A DNA stretch of 64,000 nt from a virus. Taxonomy: Duplodnaviria > Caudoviricetes. The notes beneath the pieces were generated by a model. It did not search any database and was not told where the DNA came from. It saw only the letters and a program-made list of their open reading frames with translations. A program made the translations under genes and the position numbers. Position 1 is the first letter of the stretch. Each line of letters starts with the position of its first letter. The stretch covers positions 918 through 64,917 of the IMG/VR virus record IMGVR_UViG_3300009610_000008. The stretch is one strand, 5' to 3'. Below are positions 57,200 to 64,000 of the stretch, in pieces.

Positions 57200-57865
57200 T
57201 CATTTCAACGTTGCGCCAAACTTCGCATCCATCCGTTGTTTGACCAGTGGCAGTGCCTTGTACAGGGGGAGGTAGTCGCCGGTGGTGGGGTCGCGCCACG
57301 TGTCGGGCTTGATACCTACCCGCCATCCCGCTTGGTGCATGACGACGCGCCAGTCGATGATGCGATGCATTGACAGGTAGAGGGTCAGGTCATGGATGGT
57401 GGTCATCAGGACGTTGTTGGGGAGTTGGAATGACGGGAGTTCACCACTAGACATTAACAGGGCGGCACTGCGGGGAGTGATGTTGAGAATAGTGGCTACT
57501 GACTCAGTGTCGATGAACACCGCATTGAGCACATCACTTAGCCCACCGTGGACCGGCACATCCCACCAGTCGATTGGCAGGTTGTGCTTTGTGGCCAAGC
57601 GGTGGCGGTATTGGATGGCTTGGGAGTAGCGGCACATTTGGGCGAAGTATCGACGCCAGCTGGGGGGTAGTGGTTCCACTGGGGGTAGTGGTCGGACGGC
57701 TGCGGCCAACACTGGCGCACTGGCTAGGATCTCGTCACGTGTGAGGCCGATGTCGTCGCGCATCGCTTGAGGTAACTTGTACCTGCGTGACACCAGGGTG
57801 CGGTTGCGGCGTGGTTGGGTTGGCTTGGCCTTTGGGGTGCCATTGACAGTGATGGTCCTAGCCAT
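57200..57865 (-). CDS. Excisionase/MerR-like (HTH_17) DNA-binding protein
   Basis: IDTESVATILNITPRSAALLMSSGELPSFQL. Confidence 0.65.
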   Translation of the reverse strand: MARTITVNGTPKAKPTQPRRNRTLVSRRYKLPQAMRDDIGLTRDEILASAPVLAAAVRPLPPVEPLPPSWRRYFAQMCRYSQAIQYRHRLATKHNLPIDWWDVPVHGGLSDVLNAVFIDTESVATILNITPRSAALLMSSGELPSFQLPNNVLMTTIHDLTLYLSMHRIIDWRVVMHQAGWRVGIKPDTWRDPTTGDYLPLYKALPLVKQRMDAKFGATLK

Positions 57866-58202
57866 TGCGGGTCACCCCCAGCGAGATATTTAATTTACAG
57901 GTTCTGGCGATGGCGGCAAGGGTGGTGATGGTAGGGAGACGGCCACGCAGGTAGATGTTGCGGATGGTTTGTTCATTCACACCACTACGCTTGGCGAGGG
58001 TCGCTATCGAGCGGTTCGGCACGGTGTCGAGACAGGTATTGATGAATTGCTTTATGTCGTCGCGCAGCAAGCCAGTGTGTGGAGATCCAGGCGCGGTAGT
58101 GCGGCGTGGTGATGGTTTCGTTGGTGGTCTCACTGGTGGTGGTGATGGTGATGGGTGGTTGTGGGTACGCAGTGGTGGGGGTGCGAGGGGTGTTAGTTTC
58201 AT
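57858..58202 (-). CDS. XRE-family HTH regulator
   Basis: AAGGAG SD; SIATLAKRSGVNEQTIRNIYLRGRLPTITTLAAIARTC. Confidence 0.75.
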   Translation of the reverse strand: MKLTPLAPPPLRTHNHPSPSPPPVRPPTKPSPRRTTAPGSPHTGLLRDDIKQFINTCLDTVPNRSIATLAKRSGVNEQTIRNIYLRGRLPTITTLAAIARTCKLNISLGVTRNG

Positions 58203-58920
58203 ATCCAAATATCTCCTTATAGAGTGAATCAATCTGCGGCTGGACGCCAGCGAGTTCTACTGATAGGGTGCGGTGGGCACGAATGGTGGCTGGGAGTGAT
58301 AGTCCATATACCTCTGGCCATTTGGTGGCGAGACTCATGGCAAACGCGGGTGACATGATGGTGCCATCCATGTTGAGGAATAGATAACTACTCGCACGTC
58401 GTCGGCCCTGGCCACGTTTTAAGTTGTAACGACGGGTAGCGACGAGCTTGTCAATGTAACTCCACGCCCACTGGGTGTAACACCCCAATCGTTTGTAGAG
58501 GTCGCGTATTTCCTCCAGGCGGCCGATGTTTAGGGTCGATGCGTCGGCGGGACGGATGCCCAAACCAAGGGCAAACATGAACAGGGCGTTGCGCCGAATA
58601 GTGGAATATCTCATCCGCCGGTCGATCCCGGACAGGGCATGTTCGAGACGGGCACGGGATAGAGATGAGAGTTGGGGTGTGGTTGGGGAACGGGAGAAGG
58701 ACCATAAGTCGGCAAATTGCTCGGGAGTAACTAACCCGCGACTTTTGAGCCATAATGCCAACTTCCTCACCACTTGCCGTAGGGCGCGTTGATCATCGTG
58801 GGGTAGTGTGGTGGACCCGGTGGCTAGATTTGTTGCGTTGTAGGTACCGCCAAGGTCCAGCAATGCCCTAACCCCATGATGGTGGGGGGTGAGGCCGATG
58901 ATGTCGGGGTCAATTGTCAT
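57985..58920 (-). CDS. Degenerate tyrosine recombinase/integrase-like protein
   Basis: RRNALFMFALGLGIRPADASTLNI (box I-like), YLFLNMDG, PATIRAH in place of HxLRH; the box II H/Y is not evident. Confidence 0.55.
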   Translation of the reverse strand: MTIDPDIIGLTPHHHGVRALLDLGGTYNATNLATGSTTLPHDDQRALRQVVRKLALWLKSRGLVTPEQFADLWSFSRSPTTPQLSSLSRARLEHALSGIDRRMRYSTIRRNALFMFALGLGIRPADASTLNIGRLEEIRDLYKRLGCYTQWAWSYIDKLVATRRYNLKRGQGRRRASSYLFLNMDGTIMSPAFAMSLATKWPEVYGLSLPATIRAHRTLSVELAGVQPQIDSLYKEIFGYETNTPRTPTTAYPQPPITITTTSETTNETITTPHYRAWISTHWLAARRHKAIHQYLSRHRAEPLDSDPRQA

Positions 58921-59205
58921 TTTGTCAAAACCGGAAAAACACAGTACTGTGTGTCTTATATTTCTTCAAAGTATATACTGTGTATTACTGGATTTGAGAC
59001 GATGTATATGAAAACATTGGGGTTAGGTGCGATTTTGAAATGTTTTGAATTGGGGCAAATGGACGGTTTGGGCCGACGTTGGCGCAGGACGTAAAAATGA
59101 CCATTCCGTGTAGGGGAGTACGTGGGATGGTGGAAAATGGTCGTCCTGGGTCAATTGTGTGGGTTTTCGCCATATATTCGCCCCTTGTTAGTCACTAACC
59201 GCCCG

Positions 59206-59454
59206 TTAGTCACTAACTTTCGACATAATTTCCCGTATTTGCGCCATAATCTGGTCCGGGGTCAGCATCCGCGCCCTCGATTTTGCCACTAATGTACGAA
59301 TTTGCTGTATTGCCCACAACTTCTGGTCCACTTTTGGCCGTTTCCCCAACTTATTGTAGTCAACGTTCATCCAGATGCCATATTTTGGCTCTGGTGTCGG
59401 GTTCACTGTCACCTCGTAGCCTGCAATCCACGGTTTCAGCGGTATTTTTGCCAT
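59206..59454 (-). CDS. Small hypothetical protein
   Basis: 82-aa ORF whose stop lies inside the palindrome at 59205. Confidence 0.55.
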   Translation of the reverse strand: MAKIPLKPWIAGYEVTVNPTPEPKYGIWMNVDYNKLGKRPKVDQKLWAIQQIRTLVAKSRARMLTPDQIMAQIREIMSKVSD

Positions 59455-60195
59455 GTTTCCATTATACCATATTTAATTATGGTGGCAAACGTTTGAAAAT
59501 TGGTCTCGTTCAGAATCCCGTATGGGACCCAGTGGCCCCGCCCCCTGGCCACGTCGGGGTGGTGGTGGTCACCCCATGTGAGGGTATCGCCGTGTCCCGT
59601 ATGGGGGTATCGACAGGCAGTACGTACCAAGAAACGGCCGATGTCAACGTCGTCCACATTAGAGAATGCGATTTTGTGGCGTCCTTTATATAAGGTTTGC
59701 CCCCATTATTGCCCAATTGTCGAAATAGCCTAGGATCATCCGGTAGACATTGGCACGTACCTTGGGACGGTGGCAGAATCAGCCGCGCTAAATTGATCCT
59801 AGGCGCAATGACGGCATATGTGGACGTTGTCAACTTTCGAGCATTTTTGACCGCGCTATATAAAGGTTGCGCTGGCCGCACTGGCCGCTAATCGTTAGTC
59901 ACTAACCTATAGCTATCGCTTATGGGGTATCGCTGGCCGCTATGACACTGTCTATAGGATGTTGCGCTACCACATGCGAAATGATCAATTAAGTACCCCC
60001 CGCTACAACATATTGTCTTCATTACACTTGCCAGTACCGCCTATTGGACGTCGATGTTGACACTGTCCACAATAATACTTTATTTGCCTTGTTATCATAC
60101 ACTTACGATGGGTACTGAATTATTTGTTTTACATCTCTAAAAAATTATGGTTAGATAGTTATGTCAGTTCGATGTTTGATAGCTTAACGGTTCGA

Positions 60196-60894
60196 TGGCG
60201 CGGGGGGACGCAAGTCCCGCGTAAGGCGCGATTGAGACCGCGGGAAACGGTCCCGCGTTAGGCTAATTTGGCTGATAGATCTTTGACATATTCGACGTAT
60301 CAAGCGAGAATCCAAACGGGCGTTAGCTAGGTAACCTAGCCATAGTCAATACGCAACCATGTGGGAGTAAGGCGGACGGTAGTCAATCCGTTGTCGGTCT
60401 AGTTAGGTCTCGTAGGCCACCTTGTAGGGCGGTACGTTTAGGAGCGACTGCGGAAAACGTCACGTGAACTGTCGAGACGATAGTTTAGAGACGCGACGGT
60501 CGCAAAGGTTAAATGACATAAGCTAGTCGACGATACGTGTGTCCGAAACTCTAGCTGGTAGGCGTGGAATTAGTATATCTCCCATCCATAGCCCTAGCAA
60601 TGACGGCGCGGCATACGTTGTCCCTAACAATTCCAGCGTATTGGTATGACCACTGGTAGGCGCGTCGATGCTTGAGCGAACGGTCAGTGGTAAAACGATT
60701 TAGTGGCCTAGGGTGCGTCCGCCGATACACCCATGGTTTCACAACATAGACAATACCGCCTGACGGTTAGTCACTAACGAACAGAACGCGATAACTCCGC
60801 GAGAGTTGCGTCCCTGCGACGGTGGCTAGGCATGTCGGGCGGTACGGCTATGGCGATATAGATGCTATAAGTGTATCTGTACCGCCATAGCCGT
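60196..60894 (+). ncRNA. Candidate large structured non-coding RNA or structured early leader
   Basis: No credible ORF; nested long-range stems and GNRA hairpins (see findings); boxA-like GATCTTTGACA at 60278-60288. Confidence 0.6.
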
Positions 60895-60934
60895 CCTGGT
60901 ATACAGGGAATGCGCTATTGGAGAATCAATCACA

Positions 60935-61363
60935 ATGGCTATCAATTTCGTTCAGAAGACCAATGGCTCCGCCAAGGTTGCGACAGTACCGTCAGCAGTC
61001 CCGCCGATGGACATCTCGGCTCTCATCGCTGCTGCCGTGGCCGACGCCATGGCCAAGGTAATGGCACCGTCCCACGTGGCCGCACCCAAAGCCCAAGCTG
61101 TCGATCCGGCCATGGTTGCCGAGATTGCACGCCTGAAGGCTGAGAATGCCAAACTTGCCGCAGCCAAGCCCGTCGCCAAGGTCAAGCGCCCATTGGTTTT
61201 CAAGGTCTCGGAGAAACGCGCCATGTCCATCTACAACCTGGGCGCTCGGTTTCCCGTCACGCTGTACAAAGAGCAGATGTTGGCCTTACTCGATGCCGAG
61301 AAGGACATCCGCGCCTTCCTCAAAGACAACGACGCCCTACTAGCCAACAAGGGCGATAACTAG
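60935..61363 (+). CDS. Early protein, Ala-rich N-half with conserved-looking C-domain
   Basis: GGAGAA SD; FKVSEKRAMSIYNLGARFPVTLYKEQ segment. Confidence 0.8.
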   Translation: MAINFVQKTNGSAKVATVPSAVPPMDISALIAAAVADAMAKVMAPSHVAAPKAQAVDPAMVAEIARLKAENAKLAAAKPVAKVKRPLVFKVSEKRAMSIYNLGARFPVTLYKEQMLALLDAEKDIRAFLKDNDALLANKGDN

Positions 61364-61491
61364 TACCATCTAGCGGCCTGGGGTAGAGCCGGAATCTACC
61401 CTCACGATTAGGCCATACACGGGAGAACTGTGTGTGGCCTAACCGTGTTTTGGATGACTAGTCCATCACGGTAGTAGGAGAACCAATCACC

Positions 61492-61656
61492 ATGTCCATG
61501 TTCCAAGTCATGTTCACGCCCGTCAAGGGTGTCGCTGTCCTAGCCACGACTCCGCTAGGTGCCCGTCGCAAGGCGGAACGCATCTACTACCGCGAAGGCA
61601 AGGCTATCAGTGTCGATCCTATCCCGCAGGATAGCGATTGGACCAACGAGGACTAA
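61492..61656 (+). CDS. Small early protein (54 aa)
   Basis: Read manually; AGGAGAACCAATCACC-ATG. Confidence 0.6.
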   Translation: MSMFQVMFTPVKGVAVLATTPLGARRKAERIYYREGKAISVDPIPQDSDWTNED

Positions 61657-61749
61657 GCTAGCTACACCGCCGACAGGCCCACCAATCACACGGCCTGTCG
61701 GCGTCATAGTTCGCTTGACCTAACGAGTGAACACAGGAGAACTGTATCT

Positions 61750-62010
61750 ATGAAACTACTCGTGTCCCTTATCCTGGCTGCTGGCCTGTGCCTTGCCGAG
61801 CCTGTCTACTTCACCAAATCTGGCAAGAAGTTCCACAAGGCCACCAAGTGTGGGCAGATGACGCCCGACAAGGCCATGACGGCTGATCGCACAGAGGCTA
61901 CGTCACATGGCCTGTCCCAGTGTGGGCGCTGCTACCGTGTCACGACAGGTAAGTCCAGTGGCAGCGACAAATCGTGGGCCAAGCCAGTAACGCCCACACC
62001 CGCCAAGTAG
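61750..62010 (+). CDS. Small secreted protein with putative zinc-binding domain
   Basis: Signal peptide MKLLVSLILAAGLCLA; VYFTKSGKKFH...C...GLSQCGRC. Confidence 0.75.
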   Translation: MKLLVSLILAAGLCLAEPVYFTKSGKKFHKATKCGQMTPDKAMTADRTEATSHGLSQCGRCYRVTTGKSSGSDKSWAKPVTPTPAK

Positions 62011-62111
62011 GCGGACAGCTAGTAGGCAGGGCGAATGCGACAATCGTATCGCCCTGGCCCGTTAGCTGGGTTAACCCCAGTGATATCAACAACTTAGGAG
62101 AGAACCAATCC

Positions 62112-62399
62112 ATGCGATACTTCAACTCGCTCATCCGGGCCATGGCCTACGCGACAGTCGCCACCTATGCCTTGTACACAGTAGGCGACATGCATACCAA
62201 GCATCTCGCGGTCGAACTGGCCGACATCCAGGCCAAGGCCGACCAAGTACGGTACGACAGTGAGTTTGCCGTGACCCTCGGTGGCTGCGCAACCGACACC
62301 GAGTGTGCCATGGCGGAAGCCGCTGCTGTCAAGGCTGTGGCTAAAGAGCGTAGCCTGGGTAGCAACGGTGGTGGCGGACGGCTAATGGCTGGACGATAG
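62112..62399 (+). CDS. Small membrane-anchored early protein
   Basis: AGGAGAACCAATCC-ATG; N-terminal hydrophobic segment. Confidence 0.65.
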   Translation: MRYFNSLIRAMAYATVATYALYTVGDMHTKHLAVELADIQAKADQVRYDSEFAVTLGGCATDTECAMAEAAAVKAVAKERSLGSNGGGGRLMAGR

Positions 62400-62488
62400 A
62401 CTGCTAGGATTCACGGTCAATGCCTTACCGGGTAGTGACCGTGTCCCTTAGTTGGCTGACGTCAACGACATGCAAGGAGAACTAGACT

Positions 62489-62971
62489 ATGACAATGCAA
62501 CAGGCCGCTCAACAGGCCATCGACATACAGGACGCCTGTAACCTGTCGGGTGTGGTGTACAGTTTCGCTCGGGTAATGGACACGCTCTGTGCCAACACCA
62601 CGGCCACCCGTGACAGGAATAGCCATCCCATCGTGACGATGTTTCTGCTCAAGCTGTGTGAACTCAATGGCTGCGGCAGTACCCTGCACGAGACCTATGA
62701 GGCGGCAGAGAAGGCGTGCCATGAACTGGCGCAGTCAACTGGGGATGGGCATCACCACTACGAGGTTGTAGTGAGCAACATTGGCCACGTCTACAACGGC
62801 ATGGACCAGGGGATAGCCGAGACCAAGTACGACAGCTATGTCAAGCTCAGTGCCGCCGGGTATGGCATCACTGGGTACGAGCATGTAACCATGCTGCGGG
62901 ATGGCGACGTGGCCAAGGACTACGACGGCGGGGAACAGCGGTTGATAGACATCGAGAGCCGCATGGAGTAG
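62489..62971 (+). CDS. Hypothetical early protein
   Basis: AAGGAGAAC SD. Confidence 0.7.
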   Translation: MTMQQAAQQAIDIQDACNLSGVVYSFARVMDTLCANTTATRDRNSHPIVTMFLLKLCELNGCGSTLHETYEAAEKACHELAQSTGDGHHHYEVVVSNIGHVYNGMDQGIAETKYDSYVKLSAAGYGITGYEHVTMLRDGDVAKDYDGGEQRLIDIESRME

Positions 62972-63071
62972 CGTAGCGCAGACAACTAGACAGCGCATGG
63001 GTAGTGACAGTATCCATGCTCTGGCGTAGCTGCCTGGGATACAGGGACAGTGACAAGGGAGAACTAAACAC

Positions 63072-63323
63072 ATGGATTACGGTGATTGGGAAGACGCGAT
63101 CAGGGATCTGGATGACCCGCAACTGGCGGATGTCATCAAGGCAATAGCCACACTGCGGGACTGGCCTGTCTTCTATCAGGAGTTCAAGGGACTAGGCACA
63201 TTCGGCTTGCAGGTACCGCTACTCTACGAGGCGGAACGCAGGCGTCGCGCGGAGATGCCATTGGGTAGCCCCAAGCGGTACTTCGACTCGCAGTTCATGG
63301 AGTTCCGCGACGTGACCAGCTAG
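63072..63323 (+). CDS. Hypothetical early protein
   Basis: GGGAGAAC SD. Confidence 0.65.
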   Translation: MDYGDWEDAIRDLDDPQLADVIKAIATLRDWPVFYQEFKGLGTFGLQVPLLYEAERRRRAEMPLGSPKRYFDSQFMEFRDVTS

Positions 63324-63401
63324 TCTACAGCCAACAGGGTGCATGAGTTAGTGACTAACAACCACTGGATCATGTACCCGATTGGAAGGAGAACTAGACA
63401 T

Positions 63402-63836
63402 ATGCGAACAGACGCGACAATCGACAGGCAGCAGGTGCTATGCCGCAATGCCGACCGGACAGGCTATGGCAAATTCACTGCCCAGGTGGGCGACATCCTG
63501 TGGTGGCGGATAAACGGCGAGGGCAACACCAGTGTGGGACGGGTGGTTGGCCGCATCGCCTATGCCCCAGCCCTGGATGGTGACCGTGAGCCAATCAAGA
63601 GCTACATCCTGGTAGGCAAACTGTCGTCTGACATGACCTACGTGAGTGAGGCATGGGTTAACCCGGCGGATGTATGGAAGGTCGAGGAGCCGCGCCACCA
63701 GTTGGACACCATGAAGTGGTTCTTCTCCAACACCATTGTCGAGCAGGACATTAGCATGGTGCGGCGGTGCCTGTCGGAACTGTGGTCCACGTGGGATGCG
63801 TTCATGGTGTACCTGATTGGCAAGGGTAAGGTATAG
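63402..63836 (+). CDS. Hypothetical early protein
   Basis: AAGGAGAAC SD before ATG 63402. Confidence 0.7.
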   Translation: MRTDATIDRQQVLCRNADRTGYGKFTAQVGDILWWRINGEGNTSVGRVVGRIAYAPALDGDREPIKSYILVGKLSSDMTYVSEAWVNPADVWKVEEPRHQLDTMKWFFSNTIVEQDISMVRRCLSELWSTWDAFMVYLIGKGKV

Positions 63837-63853
63837 TAAACAAAGGAGTTACG

Positions 63854-63988
63854 ATGAAGCACAAGACATGGGGACACGTGATATATCTCAGGCTGCACCG
63901 GGTACTCTGTGCCTTGTGCTGCCACCCTACCTTCACTGACCAGTGGGGTGGGCAGGAGTGTGGTTGTGGCAAGATCAGCCACGACTAG
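63854..63988 (+). CDS. Small Cys-rich hypothetical protein (44 aa)
   Basis: Read manually; AAGGAG SD. Confidence 0.45.
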   Translation: MKHKTWGHVIYLRLHRVLCALCCHPTFTDQWGGQECGCGKISHD

Positions 63989-64000
63989 GCAATAGGCTAA

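Larger units (their letters stand above)
128..63359. repeat. Dispersed 13-bp palindrome GTTAGT(C/G/A)ACTAAC, about 50 copies genome-wide (putative operator/parS-like site)
   Basis: Perfect copies start at 1364, 2670, 5670, 9038, 11161, 12343, 13083, 17415, 20567, 21816, 23353, 27857, 32856, 33762, 36522, 39611, 40297, 42604, 45758, 49666, 55354, 56449, 59187, 59205, 59894, 60766, 63347. Single-mismatch copies start at 128, 2416, 5384, 7061, 9702, 13506, 15081, 19215, 21090, 21520, 22206, 24318, 27500, 29448, 32397, 32611, 38292, 38586, 44161, 47074, 51485, 52127, 52701. Manual count. Confidence 0.97.

Noticed and set aside
60196-60894. tRNA, tmRNA, RNase P or group II intron
   Set aside because: No T-loop/CCA cloverleaf, RNase P P4 consensus or domain V motif was recognised by eye; an Rfam search is still needed.
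128-63359. 13-bp palindrome as CRISPR repeat, REP/IS end or intrinsic terminator
   Set aside because: It is too short, irregularly spaced and often inside genes, with no transposase. A 1-nt centre cannot form a good RNA hairpin and there is no U-tail, so a dsDNA-binding site is more plausible.
1-64000. Many antisense or alternate-frame ORFs in the track (e.g. 3627-4391, 28613-29338, 29576-30532, 43378-44022, 55362-56024)
   Set aside because: They are shadows of well-supported genes in GC-rich DNA and lack SDs or motifs.

Overview
The window looks like a near-complete, circularly permuted genome of a tailed dsDNA phage with podovirus-like (P22/SU10-type) morphogenesis genes and no tape-measure or sheath gene that I can recognise. 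The + strand (about 60.9-64 kb, continuing at 1-23.3 kb) carries early and replication genes. These include UvrD-like and DinG-like helicases, a small HTH gene plus a ParB/KorB-family gene, a Sak4-like ATPase, PD-(D/E)xK and ERCC4 nucleases, two dNTP pyrophosphohydrolases, a macrodomain, and a family A DNA polymerase split into a UDG-exonuclease gene and a separate polymerase gene. The - strand (23.5-59.5 kb) carries terminase, portal, scaffold, capsid, tail, ejection and fibre genes, a PEP-CTERM surface protein, and a degenerate integrase-like module. The most striking feature is a 13-bp palindrome, GTTAGT(C/G/A)ACTAAC. By eye I found 27 perfect and about 23 single-mismatch copies spread across the whole genome, often supplying gene stop codons. 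It resembles the KorB operator O_B and co-occurs with a ParA-less ParB-family gene, suggesting a genome-wide clamp/operator system. Other notable items are a ~0.7 kb highly structured non-coding leader with a boxA-like element, a likely -1 frameshift joining two ejection-protein ORFs, a second operator shared by three promoters, and fibre/spike proteins with signal peptides. All calls are by manual motif recognition; no searches were run and copy counts are manual.
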